A stretch of DNA of 64,000 bases. It comes from a candidate division CPR3 bacterium GWF2_35_18 (GTDB lineage: Bacteria > Patescibacteriota > CPR3 > GWF2-35-18). Position 1 is the first letter of the stretch; each line of letters starts with the position of its first letter. The stretch lies in NCBI GenBank assembly GCA_001771135.1, contig MESW01000005.1, positions 17,467-81,466 of the forward strand, in the 5' to 3' direction. Of the stretch, positions 8,719 to 18,210 are shown piece by piece. Position numbers and translations under genes: made by a program. Below the pieces are notes generated by a model, which saw only the letters and a program-made list of their open reading frames with translations, was not told the origin of the DNA and did not search any database.

Positions 8719-8978
8719 GGGAAAAAGGATGATTGCTCTATCGCAAGGTAGAGAGGAAAGTCCAGACAGCATAAAGCACGGTACCTTGTGTAAACAAGGA
8801 CGGGTAACCGCTAGTCTAGAGCAACAGAAACGAGTCCCGCCTATGGCGAGGAATGAAACGGGCAATCCTTACCGGCTGCAACTTATAGTAGTTATTTGCT
8901 ACCGCTTGTAGTAACTACAAAAACAAGGCATTAGACAGATGATCATCACAAAACAGAATCTGGCTTACTCTTTTCCCA
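8719..8978 (+). ncRNA. rnpB: RNase P RNA (rnpB), a reduced form of about 260 nt.
   Basis: P1 pairs GGGAAAAAG (5' end) with CUUUUCCC (3' end). A P3 hairpin CUCUA-ucgcaagg-UAGAG is followed by the universally conserved GAGGAAAGUCCAGAC (P4 5' strand). GAGCAACAGAAACGAGUCCCGCC resembles the P10/P11 region. ACAGAAUCUGGCUUA near the 3' end matches the conserved ACAGAAnCCGGCUUA P4 3' strand. A TATAAT box lies at 8701-8706. Confidence 0.75.
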
Positions 8979-9308
8979 AATAAATTAGAGGTTAATACAG
9001 AATAATCATGTGTATTCTGATCTTCTGGATTAACAAAGTCATATCCAGGTTCTTATTTACAGAATATTATAACTCATAACTATCAGTTATAATATAACTA
9101 AATCTAGAGAATATTCTTTTACTTACAAAATTAGACCTTCCAGCCTAAACACTATTAGAATAAAAAAAACTCTATCAACAGTTTTCCGAGTCATAAAACT
9201 ACTTAAAATATGTCCCTAATTATTTGATCAACTAACACCTACTATCACCAGAAATCCTTGATTGGTAAAATTTGGAAACTCTTACATACTAGATTCTGAA
9301 ACGGCTTA

Positions 9309-12300
9309 TTAACCTTCTAAACTAAGATCTTGATTGTTATCAAAACTTTCCTGATTCTGATCTGTTATGGGAGCAGGAGTCTCCTCAGGTTCAATTTCAA
9401 CCGAAGGTGGTGTTTTTTCAGGATACAATCTACTCTGCATAAACTCTCTTAATTGTGCAAAATATTTAGCTGCTTGAGAAGGATCATACCAAACATTTGT
9501 ATTATCAAATTCAGGAAATATTAAACTACCAGAGTCAGGATGGCGCATCACTTCTAAAGCTGGTTCAGTAGCCTCTGGAGAGATCTGAAATCTCTGGAAT
9601 TGAGGAACCAAGGAACTATTTACATTACCTTCGGCTGCTAAACGAATTAAATTCCCTAAATTTTTCGGGTCTTTCATAGACATTAACGCTATCTGCATAA
9701 AATCTGAAAACATCTTTGACTTTTGACCTTCTTGATCAGTATCAGGATCATTAAATTCGAGATTCCAAGTCATTCTTAATGACCCATCTTCTTCCAAAGA
9801 TTCGAAATCTTGAGTCATACGAATCAAATTCAGAATTGCTTGAGGGGCTTTTAAAGGATCCTGTAAATCTCTTGTTAACTGATCAGCTATTGCTTCAAGA
9901 AGTTGAGTCATCGTTCCGGAAGCTCTTTGTTCTCGGTCAAAATAACCTTGAGCTGATGACATTCTTGATCTTACAAAAGCCAATAATTCTGTTCCGGAAA
10001 AATTATAAGTTTCGCCGTCTTTAAACTCAGTGTATTTTCCATTCAAGTAACCCGCAAGAAATTCATCGGGAATAAATCCTTCACCTTCTTCAATTCTAAT
10101 ATCGATACCTTGAGGGAAAAGCGTATCTATTATTTGAGAAAATCCATTCATATCTGTTTCTAAAACGCCATCAAATGGTAAACCAAAGGCATCTTCAAAA
10201 ACATCTCTGGCAATTTCTCGATCAATCTGTTGGTATCCTTCTCCACGAGCAAGTGCTTCTTGATCGATCCAGGTTATACCATTTGCTGATACTCCATTTA
10301 ATTCAGGCAGTTTTAGATGTCTTGGAATAGTGAGAATTGTGATGGAATTATTTTTAATATCGTAACACAAACCATGGAACTGATCTGCATGTCCAAATTC
10401 TGTATCTCTACCTTCTGCTCCTGAATCCTTACCAAGTAAACCGAAACATATAATATTATTGTTTAATCTTTCTGCCCCACCAATCTTTGCAAGATATTCG
10501 GTCTGTTCTTCAGGAGTCATTCCTTCAACTCTGTCTAACCTTGCACTAAGAAATTCATTCCAGACACTACCTCCAAAAATAAACTCCGGAAGAGTTAAGG
10601 TTTCTTCATGCTCTGGAGTAGCTACTGTTTCTGCATCAGAAACAAGTTGCTGTTCTGCATCTCTATCATCATTTAAAATATTGTCCTGATCTGAAGTTTC
10701 TGTTGTCTTTGAAGTATCTGTTGGGATAGCATCATCGGAAGCAGTATCCGTTCCGAAAATTTCTGTTTCTGATAAAGATGCCTCCTGTGTCAACTGCGTT
10801 AACCTATCCAAATTCCCTTCTGTGGTAGCTGTTGGAGAACCAGTATTCAACTGAAATCCTGTCTCATCATTAGAAGAAGATAGAAGCGTTTTAAAAAAGG
10901 TAACAACATCTTCACTATGATGCCATAAATCCATACCAAATTCTTTAACATTTTCAAATAAATTAGATTCATCGGGATTATTTATTTGATGAAAATCTGA
11001 TCCTTCCAAGGACTGTTGTAGATGTCCTTCACCAACATATGGTAGATCACCCAAATCCTGTTCCGGAGATAATGTAGAAGCTATACCTGCAGCAGCTCCT
11101 CCCAAAATAGATACTAAACGTAACCCGTTAATAATTTTTAATCTCAAAGCATTTCTGCGTTCATATTCTTCACTGTTATAACTTGCTAATTCCGCATTAT
11201 ATCTACCCTCAAGAGAATCTGAAGTCTCTTGAAGATATTTATCTAACTTCTGCTGCACTTTTCCCGGTTGACGTAAATTTTCGGCACGGCTATGCCAACC
11301 CACACGATCCCATACTTGAGCCCACCTTTCATTACCTCGTCTTTCCCTTTCTGCATGTGCGGAGAATTTTTGCCCCTGCTTTTTATCTAAAGCTTTCTGT
11401 TCAAACATTTTATGGCGACGCGATTCGTACTGTTTTCTTAGCTCCGGAGTTAACCATTTTTGACCTAGGATGTAATCAACCCTATCTAATTCTTCTCCCT
11501 CAAAATGACCATATTGTAAATCGTGTAATTCTTCAAGAGCAGCAGCTAAAGAAGATTCATCATGGACTAATTCCCGCAGTTCATTAATTTTTTCATGAGT
11601 TTCTTCAGATTGATGAAAAATATCTTCATCACCTCGTAAATTTGTAGAAATCCTTTGAATATACTGTGTAATAATTTCTTGTTCTCTTTTTATCAAATAA
11701 ACTCTTATCTGATTTTCTCTCTCTGATAATTGATCTGGACTTGCATTAACAATCTGCCTCTCCCTATCAGAATATCGAGGTAAAATGCCTCTTTCCACAA
11801 ATTGATTATGAAAATATTGCTGTCTATCTCTATCTAAATCTGCCCAGATAATATCTGCAACTTCATGCTTCCAATGAAGCTCTTCTTCTTCCGCAATCAA
11901 TAAATATCCCGGATTTTCTGATTCTAATCTTTCCTGTAAAGCAGCTATCTTTATCGTTGATTGCAACTCGGAATTTAGTTGATCAACAGAAACATCAGAC
12001 AAAGTAGGTTGCAGAGATAAAGCAGAAAGAACAATCCGTGACATCAAATGATCCGTTTGTCCATCAGGAATAGTGCCTATAATTTCTTCTAAATAATCTG
12101 AAACGCGATCACCAATGGCATGGAAAATACCATCTTGCTCCATAGAATCTGGAGTGAATTTTATAACTTCATCCTGAATTTTTTTAACAATAGGGAACAG
12201 CTGTTTTTCAAAAAATGCTTGCGGTAAATTTGCAAATCTCTCTTGACTCCTCAAAGTTAAAATGACAGCTTGCCAAGGACTATTACTGACTTTTACCGAC

Positions 12301-13154
12301 TCTTCCACGGAAATAGTCCCCATTTCTTTGCGTCGTGATTCTAATGACCTTAAGGCCAAGGCTTGAAATTTATTTTCTGCTGTCCTTTTACGGGAATCAA
12401 CGTCACGAACATCTCCAAGATTCTCAATTAATTTGTCTAATGCATCTGGATCAAGATGACCTTCCCGATCAACTCCAACCTCACTTAATATTCTGTATTG
12501 TAGATATGAACGACCCTCTGAGGACAAACTTGTACGGTGCGTACTGGGATCTGTATCCACCATCCAATCAAAAATATCTGCACTAACTGTATCACACTGC
12601 GAATTACGTGCTTCTTTTACCTGTTTACGTAAAATTCTGGCAATTGTCGCATTATATTGTTGCTCATTATTGCGAAGGTTCTGTTTAATACCTTGATAAT
12701 CTTCTTCAAGTCTGTGAACATATTCTTCTAATCGATCTAAGTTAACGGTATTCCCATCTCCAACAATCGTACCCAAACGTGCTTGCAATTCCATCCAACC
12801 ATCGTGTGTAAGCTGACGATATGCTTGTTTATACTCTTTAGTGGGATCAACATAAAATAATTGTCCGTATTCTATTTTCCATTTTATTTCTTGATTTAGA
12901 GCTTCTTGAATTGCAGGTAGAACTTTTTCTCTTTTCAAGATAGAAGGAGCAACATCTGCTTGTCCATGATATGTTTGACTCCAAGACTCTCTTACAATAG
13001 GTTCACGATCTGCAATATCTACTAAAACTTCATCCGGACTATCTGCATTTTGCCGATGCGCTTCAATTCTATCAATAATTGCTTCCCTAGGAGAAACTAT
13101 TTCGCTTCCATGTTCTCCACCCTTTTTCCTAAAAATACCGTTAAAAAATCCCAT
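9309..13154 (-). CDS. Giant (1281 aa) LCP (LytR-CpsA-Psr) family protein. It has a roughly 660-aa acidic N-terminal region with no recognisable domain and no apparent signal peptide, then one TM-like segment (LVSILGGAAAGIASTL), an S/T/D/E-rich linker, and a C-terminal LCP domain.
   Basis: LCP signatures are ICFGLLGKDSGAEGRDTEF...ITILTIPRHLKL and FSGTELLAFVRSRMSSAQGYFDREQRASGTMTQLL. The gene appears more GC-rich than the window background. Confidence 0.65.
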   Translation of the reverse strand: MGFFNGIFRKKGGEHGSEIVSPREAIIDRIEAHRQNADSPDEVLVDIADREPIVRESWSQTYHGQADVAPSILKREKVLPAIQEALNQEIKWKIEYGQLFYVDPTKEYKQAYRQLTHDGWMELQARLGTIVGDGNTVNLDRLEEYVHRLEEDYQGIKQNLRNNEQQYNATIARILRKQVKEARNSQCDTVSADIFDWMVDTDPSTHRTSLSSEGRSYLQYRILSEVGVDREGHLDPDALDKLIENLGDVRDVDSRKRTAENKFQALALRSLESRRKEMGTISVEESVKVSNSPWQAVILTLRSQERFANLPQAFFEKQLFPIVKKIQDEVIKFTPDSMEQDGIFHAIGDRVSDYLEEIIGTIPDGQTDHLMSRIVLSALSLQPTLSDVSVDQLNSELQSTIKIAALQERLESENPGYLLIAEEEELHWKHEVADIIWADLDRDRQQYFHNQFVERGILPRYSDRERQIVNASPDQLSERENQIRVYLIKREQEIITQYIQRISTNLRGDEDIFHQSEETHEKINELRELVHDESSLAAALEELHDLQYGHFEGEELDRVDYILGQKWLTPELRKQYESRRHKMFEQKALDKKQGQKFSAHAERERRGNERWAQVWDRVGWHSRAENLRQPGKVQQKLDKYLQETSDSLEGRYNAELASYNSEEYERRNALRLKIINGLRLVSILGGAAAGIASTLSPEQDLGDLPYVGEGHLQQSLEGSDFHQINNPDESNLFENVKEFGMDLWHHSEDVVTFFKTLLSSSNDETGFQLNTGSPTATTEGNLDRLTQLTQEASLSETEIFGTDTASDDAIPTDTSKTTETSDQDNILNDDRDAEQQLVSDAETVATPEHEETLTLPEFIFGGSVWNEFLSARLDRVEGMTPEEQTEYLAKIGGAERLNNNIICFGLLGKDSGAEGRDTEFGHADQFHGLCYDIKNNSITILTIPRHLKLPELNGVSANGITWIDQEALARGEGYQQIDREIARDVFEDAFGLPFDGVLETDMNGFSQIIDTLFPQGIDIRIEEGEGFIPDEFLAGYLNGKYTEFKDGETYNFSGTELLAFVRSRMSSAQGYFDREQRASGTMTQLLEAIADQLTRDLQDPLKAPQAILNLIRMTQDFESLEEDGSLRMTWNLEFNDPDTDQEGQKSKMFSDFMQIALMSMKDPKNLGNLIRLAAEGNVNSSLVPQFQRFQISPEATEPALEVMRHPDSGSLIFPEFDNTNVWYDPSQAAKYFAQLREFMQSRLYPEKTPPSVEIEPEETPAPITDQNQESFDNNQDLSLEG

Positions 13155-13158
13155 ATAT

Positions 13159-13473
13159 TTAACTTTCCTTTAATTTTCCTGTATTAATTAAAAACTGAAC
13201 TTTCTGTCGCACTTTTTGATTAGAACCATCTTGATCATCCCAATTAATTAATACAACTAAATCCGTTAACTCTTGAAAATATTGATCATAATCATTAACT
13301 ACACGCTTAATCTCTTCTATCGTCATATGTGGATGTAGCGTATCTAAAACTAAATTTGCAATATTTTGAGCTGTTTCTGCTTTCATATCACGATTAACTA
13401 GTTTTTCTTCTATAATGTTTAGAATCTCTTCTTCAATTTGTAATCGATAATCCTCGGGGTTAATTTGATTCAT
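13159..13473 (-). CDS. Hypothetical acidic 104-aa protein immediately upstream of the giant LCP gene (4-nt gap).
   Basis: ORF; operon position. Confidence 0.4.
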   Translation of the reverse strand: MNQINPEDYRLQIEEEILNIIEEKLVNRDMKAETAQNIANLVLDTLHPHMTIEEIKRVVNDYDQYFQELTDLVVLINWDDQDGSNQKVRQKVQFLINTGKLKES

Positions 13474-13849
13474 TTCCTCTTCTCAATTTCTGGGGTTTAT
13501 TATTTCTATTTTTCAATTTATCAAAATACAAATTTGAAATGAAGTAATCTAATCTTTTATATAATCGATATTCGTAATCAGGAATATTCATCAAACTTTT
13601 TATAATTAGGGGGTAGGCCTGTGAAAAACGATCAAGAGAACTAGCCTCTTTTTCTTCTATTTCAATAATTCTCTGACTTAATGATAAAAATTCTTTATCA
13701 TTAATATGGTCTTCTACAAAACGGATAATTTCGTCATGAACTAAACCGTAGATCTCGATATACTTCTTATGATCTTGAATTTGATTTGCAGGGTTTAAAA
13801 ATAAACCAAATTTATCTTTAATCTTTCTATCGATATAAATAGATATCAT
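13460..13849 (-). CDS. Hypothetical 129-aa protein; overlaps the next gene by 14 nt.
   Basis: ORF; operon position. Confidence 0.4.
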   Translation of the reverse strand: MISIYIDRKIKDKFGLFLNPANQIQDHKKYIEIYGLVHDEIIRFVEDHINDKEFLSLSQRIIEIEEKEASSLDRFSQAYPLIIKSLMNIPDYEYRLYKRLDYFISNLYFDKLKNRNNKPQKLRRGNESN

Positions 13850-13881
13850 AATATTTAGTAATATAATTTATTGGTCAAATA

Positions 13882-14841
13882 CTATTTTGACATAAAATAA
13901 TCTATATATGCAATCATTTCTACAAATAAAAAAGAATTATCTAAAACAAACCATCTGATTCTTTTATCTTTATTAAACCAGGTCAGTTGACGCCGAATAT
14001 AGGCATGAGTACTAAATTTCAATCTCTCAACACAGGAAGATAACAAAGCTTTTTCCTCAAAAAAAGGTTTTAACTCAATATAACCAATTGTATTTAAAGC
14101 CGATAGGTCCCAACTATAACCTTGATGAAGTAAATTGGAAATTTCTAAGATTAATCCTTGTTCAAACATTTTATCAACTCTTTTATCTACCCTATTATAT
14201 AAGGCTTTACGCTCCCAATTAATTCCGATGAAAAGAGGCTCAAAATTCCGAATGTTTTTAGGTTTTAAAGGAATCTCATTCTTTTGCGCTTTGGCAATTT
14301 CGATAGCACGAATAATTCGTCGCGGGTTTTGAGCGTCAATACTTTGGGCTTTTTTGACATCTATTTTTTCCAGTTCTTGCCAAAGAGCTCCCACTCCTTT
14401 CTCCTGAAATAGTTTTTCTAATTTATTTCGTAAAATAGAATCAGGGGGAATATTTGCGGTTTCTATTCCGTCAATAATGGATTTTATATAAAAACCTGTT
14501 CCTCCCACAAGAAAGGGAATTTTACCTTGAGCTAATATTTTGGGGAGATATTCTTTGAAAACTTTATCTTCAAAAATAGATACCGAAAATTCTTCATTAG
14601 GCTTTACAATATCGTAACCATAAACATCAATTCCATTGACTATGTAACGATCTTTTTTCTTTTTTATTTCAAAACCATCCTGTGGAAGCTCTTTGCCTGT
14701 TCCGATATCCATCTGACTATATACCTGTCTAGAATCAGCGGAGATCATCGCTCCGTTGTATTTCCGACAAAGATCCATCGCAATTCCACTCTTACCACTT
14801 CCAGTCGGACCACAGATGATGATGATTTTTTGATTTTGCAT
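13882..14841 (-). CDS. miaA: tRNA dimethylallyltransferase.
   Basis: N-terminal P-loop IIIICGPTGSGKS with the DSRQVY...GTGK motif. Length 319 aa. Confidence 0.9.
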   Translation of the reverse strand: MQNQKIIIICGPTGSGKSGIAMDLCRKYNGAMISADSRQVYSQMDIGTGKELPQDGFEIKKKKDRYIVNGIDVYGYDIVKPNEEFSVSIFEDKVFKEYLPKILAQGKIPFLVGGTGFYIKSIIDGIETANIPPDSILRNKLEKLFQEKGVGALWQELEKIDVKKAQSIDAQNPRRIIRAIEIAKAQKNEIPLKPKNIRNFEPLFIGINWERKALYNRVDKRVDKMFEQGLILEISNLLHQGYSWDLSALNTIGYIELKPFFEEKALLSSCVERLKFSTHAYIRRQLTWFNKDKRIRWFVLDNSFLFVEMIAYIDYFMSK

Positions 14842-14885
14842 ATTATTAATCTTTCATTATTTTATTTGTCTTATGAAAGGTAGTA

Positions 14886-16031
14886 TTAACTTTTTGAATC
14901 TTCTATTACTTTTAATAATCTTTGATGTCTCTTTTTCTTTTCACTCTTGAGAATATTATCTTTTAGCTTTGCTGCCGCAGTTCCTTCCCGAGCAGAATAG
15001 ATTGAAACAAAAGCAACATTGAATTTCACTTCTTCACATAGCTTCACGGTGTTCTCAAAAGCTTCTTTAGTTTCTCCGGGAAAACCGACGATAATGTCGG
15101 TTCCAATGTGAATTTCCGGAACTCTCTCTCTAATTTTTTTGATCAATGAGATAAATTCAACAGCAGTGTGTCGACGATTCATTTTTTTAAGAATCTCATC
15201 ATCTCCGGATTGCACCGCAATATGAACGTAACGATCCATCTTTTCTAAAGCTAAAACGTCAACCAAATCATTGGTAAAATCAAAAGGATTACTGGATAAA
15301 AAACTGATCTTAGTGATTTCGGAAATATTGTGAACTTCACGCAGCAAAGAAGTAAATGGTAACTTTTTATTAGAACCACTTCGAATCTTGAATTTTTCTT
15401 CTTTATTCAAATTCCAGGAGTTTACATTCTGTCCAAGGAAAGTAACTTCGGTAATTCCACTGGTAACTAACTCGTCAATTTCCTTTAATATATCTCCTTT
15501 TGAACGACTCACTTCTGCTCCTCGAGCATATGGAACTACACAGTAAGTACAAAAATTATCACAACCTACGGAGATATTTACATAGGCATGTTTCAATCCT
15601 TTTGAGATTAGATGTAATGAACCTTTTGTAATATCTGGTTTTATTTCGTGAATTAATCCTAGAGAGTAGAGAATCTCCGGAAGTCTTTGAATTTGAGACT
15701 GTGGTAAAATATAATCCACCCAAGACAACCTATTTTCTAGAGTTTTGTAAGAAAACCTCTTTCGAGATCCTAGCGTAGAACCGACCATACAACCTGTAAC
15801 AATTACTTTAATATTATTACCCTTTTCTCGAAGCAAATTCACCTCTCTCCCCAGTCCATATATTTTATCCTCTGAAGCTTGCCTTACACTGCAAGAATTT
15901 AAAACAAGTAGGTCTGATTTCCGCCACGAAGAAGCTTTTTTCAATCTTGAGTTTACAAGAATTGTTTCTATTTCCTCGGAATCTCTTTCGTTTTGCTGAC
16001 AACCGTAAGTACGGATAAAATACGTTTTCAT
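14886..16031 (-). CDS. miaB: MiaB-like tRNA methylthiotransferase (radical SAM, MTTase family). I prefer the internal ATG start; the track's start at 16097 is a TTG.
   Basis: It has an MTTase N-terminal Cys motif (TYGCQQNERDSE), a radical SAM CDNFCTYC motif, and sits adjacent to miaA. Confidence 0.75.
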   Translation of the reverse strand: MKTYFIRTYGCQQNERDSEEIETILVNSRLKKASSWRKSDLLVLNSCSVRQASEDKIYGLGREVNLLREKGNNIKVIVTGCMVGSTLGSRKRFSYKTLENRLSWVDYILPQSQIQRLPEILYSLGLIHEIKPDITKGSLHLISKGLKHAYVNISVGCDNFCTYCVVPYARGAEVSRSKGDILKEIDELVTSGITEVTFLGQNVNSWNLNKEEKFKIRSGSNKKLPFTSLLREVHNISEITKISFLSSNPFDFTNDLVDVLALEKMDRYVHIAVQSGDDEILKKMNRRHTAVEFISLIKKIRERVPEIHIGTDIIVGFPGETKEAFENTVKLCEEVKFNVAFVSIYSAREGTAAAKLKDNILKSEKKKRHQRLLKVIEDSKS

Positions 16032-16157
16032 AAACTGATTATATCCATATAACTCCAATTTGCAATTTATTAGGTTTTTATATGGTTTAATACTCAACTA
16101 CATTTATTACAATCTCGAGTTTGCTGAATATATATCATCATACTTGAATTGGAATAT

Positions 16158-16556
16158 TTATTGAGAGGTAATAATCTGAACAAATTCTATTATTCTTGGA
16201 ATAAAGATTACGACTCCTACGATAATAGAACCAAGTACGGCTAGTAAAACTCCACCCGCAGTCACATCTTTGGCGAATTTTGCCTCCTCACGCCATTCAC
16301 TGGTAATCAGATCTACAGTAGCTTCCATGGCAGTATTGGCCATCTCTGCCACCATCACCACAAAACAGATGAAAATAATGACCACCCATTCTAATCTGGA
16401 AATCTGAAAAATAAATGAAAACGCCATTACGATTAAAGTAGCTAAAAAGATAATTTTTAAGTTCGGTTGACTTTTGTAGGCGGCTTTTATACCATCAAGA
16501 GCATGTAAAAAGGAAATTGTATGTTTGGAATGAAAAGTTTTAACTTCTTTTTGCAT
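16158..16556 (-). CDS. dgkA: Diacylglycerol kinase / undecaprenol kinase family (prokaryotic DAGK).
   Basis: Three TMs and the motif VAEMANTAMEATVDLITSEWREEAKFAKDVTAGGVLLAV typical of DgkA. Confidence 0.7.
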   Translation of the reverse strand: MQKEVKTFHSKHTISFLHALDGIKAAYKSQPNLKIIFLATLIVMAFSFIFQISRLEWVVIIFICFVVMVAEMANTAMEATVDLITSEWREEAKFAKDVTAGGVLLAVLGSIIVGVVIFIPRIIEFVQIITSQ

Positions 16557-16720
16557 AGATTGAATACATTCTACAATATTTTATAGTAAACTCAAAACAA
16601 AATGTCGTTTCTAATTTCATTTTGATTTTACTTAATATCGATTTTCAATCACTAAATCTTCCATTCTGTTTTGGAATCGCTATATTAGAAGATGCGAGAA
16701 ATTTCTACCATAAAAAAAAG

Positions 16721-16760
16721 CCCCCCAATTTTCACTAAGGAGGGCTTTTTAGTATCTTTT
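16721..16760 (-). terminator. Rho-independent terminator downstream of hup.
   Basis: The minus strand reads GCCCUCC-uuagugaaaauu-GGGGGGC followed by a U8 tract. It also has an A-tract on the other side, so it may be bidirectional. Confidence 0.6.
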
Positions 16761-16776
16761 TGTTAAGAATCTAGAA

Positions 16777-17049
16777 TTACTTAACAGCAGATTTTAATGC
16801 TTTACCAGCGGTAAAAGCAGGAATCTTGGTTGCAGGAATCTTAAGAGGAGCACCAGTCTGAGGATTACGTCCCATTCTTTCACGTCGTGATCTTACGAGG
16901 AAGGTTCCAAATCCAGTGATAGTGACTTTGTCTCCTTTTGAAAGTGCACCAGTGACGGTTTCTAATACAGCTTCGAGAGCGTCCCCAGCGGCTTTTTTGG
17001 TAAGACCGGTTTTGCTGGCAATTTTTTCAACTAAGTCTGTTTTGGTCAT
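16777..17049 (-). CDS. hup: HU family DNA-binding protein.
   Basis: MTKTDLVEKIA...GFGTF...RNPQTG, 90 aa. AAAGGAGG SD. Confidence 0.9.
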   Translation of the reverse strand: MTKTDLVEKIASKTGLTKKAAGDALEAVLETVTGALSKGDKVTITGFGTFLVRSRRERMGRNPQTGAPLKIPATKIPAFTAGKALKSAVK

Positions 17050-17365
17050 TTTGAATTTTCACCTCCTTTTTAAGAAATCTTGCAGATATAATGAAAGTAG
17101 TGTGTAAGTTGTTCTAATAAATAATATCACTCTAGTCGAAATAATTAAAGACAAACTATTTAGAAAAAATTTAAGTATGTCTTTACGTTAATCAAATTTA
17201 ATATCAGAATGTTTACGATGTGATTGATTAACTATAGCACTTTCATTTTTAATTGATTTATCAGTATTTGTCAATATTTATTAGCTATATATCAAAATTA
17301 CGAAAATTTGAAGTTTAAGATATTGCTAATTTAAATACGACTTAGCTGTATTTTTCAAGCCAAAA

Positions 17366-18160
17366 TTAACTAAGAACATCCACGTTAACCAACCTAATTT
17401 TTTTAGTAATCCCCTTCGAATCAATTTCAGCAAAAACCCCATTTAAAGCCGTTTTACCCTCTTCTTCAAGAGTATATCGATGTGGGGTTTTTAGTTTATA
17501 ATGCTCCAAAATTGAATTAATATTTTCACCTAGTATTGAATCTTTAGTTCCCACCATACCAAGATCGGTAATATAACCGGTACCTCTTTTAAGAATCATC
17601 GCGTCATTAGTTTGAATATGAGTATGTGTTCCCACAATCAAGGAAACTTTACCATCAAGATAATATGAAAGAGCTTTTTTCTCACTGGTTGCCTCGGCGT
17701 GAAAATCTATAATAATCGCTGCAAATTTCACATCTTTAAACTGTTCTAAAATCTCATCGATTTTTTTAAATGGAGAATCTAAGGTATCACGTAAAAACAC
17801 CTGTCCCATTAAGTTAATTAACAATACCTGTCCTAATTTTCCAAGATCAATCACATCAAAGCCCCTTCCGGGAGATACTTCAGGATAATTTGCCGGTCGT
17901 AAAACTGGAAGATTTTTATCATCAAGATCTTTGAGAAATTCCTTGAAACGATAGACATGATCACCATTGGTAAAGTAATCCACTCCGTAATGCATCAGTT
18001 CTTCGACCTTGTCTCTGGTAGTTCCAATTCCATGAGTAACGTTATCAACGTTAACGATAACTAAATCTAATTTATACTTTTTCTTAAATTCCGGTAAAGC
18101 TTTTTTGATCGCATTTCGACCAGGTGATCCCACCACATCGCCTAAAAAAAGAACATTCAT
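17366..18160 (-). CDS. ymdB: YmdB-like 2',3'-cyclic-nucleotide 2'-phosphodiesterase (metallophosphoesterase, TIGR00282 family).
   Basis: MNVLFLGDVVGSPGR...GDH..., with conserved rny-ymdB synteny. The start is moved to M5. Confidence 0.8.
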   Translation of the reverse strand: MNVLFLGDVVGSPGRNAIKKALPEFKKKYKLDLVIVNVDNVTHGIGTTRDKVEELMHYGVDYFTNGDHVYRFKEFLKDLDDKNLPVLRPANYPEVSPGRGFDVIDLGKLGQVLLINLMGQVFLRDTLDSPFKKIDEILEQFKDVKFAAIIIDFHAEATSEKKALSYYLDGKVSLIVGTHTHIQTNDAMILKRGTGYITDLGMVGTKDSILGENINSILEHYKLKTPHRYTLEEEGKTALNGVFAEIDSKGITKKIRLVNVDVLS

Positions 18161-18210
18161 TTTCACCCTCATTTCTAAGTCGAGTATTCCTCGACATTAA
18201 CTATTTTAGA

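Noticed and set aside
8680-8911. Track ORFs 8680..8865(-) and 8717..8911(+).
   Set aside because: Both overlap the RNase P RNA, which is better supported by its P1, P3 and P4 structure. They are treated as spurious.
8979-9308. A possible second ncRNA in the 330-nt gap between rnpB and the giant gene. It contains two short hairpins, CAGAATA...TATTCTG and TTATAACT...AGTTATAA.
   Set aside because: It has no recognisable conserved RNA motifs. These are more likely convergent terminators, and this cannot be resolved without covariance or expression data.
9779-12586. Several plus-strand ORFs (9779..10024, 10459..10689, 11183..11587, 12335..12586).
   Set aside because: All are antisense within the giant LCP gene, with no SD or conservation cues.
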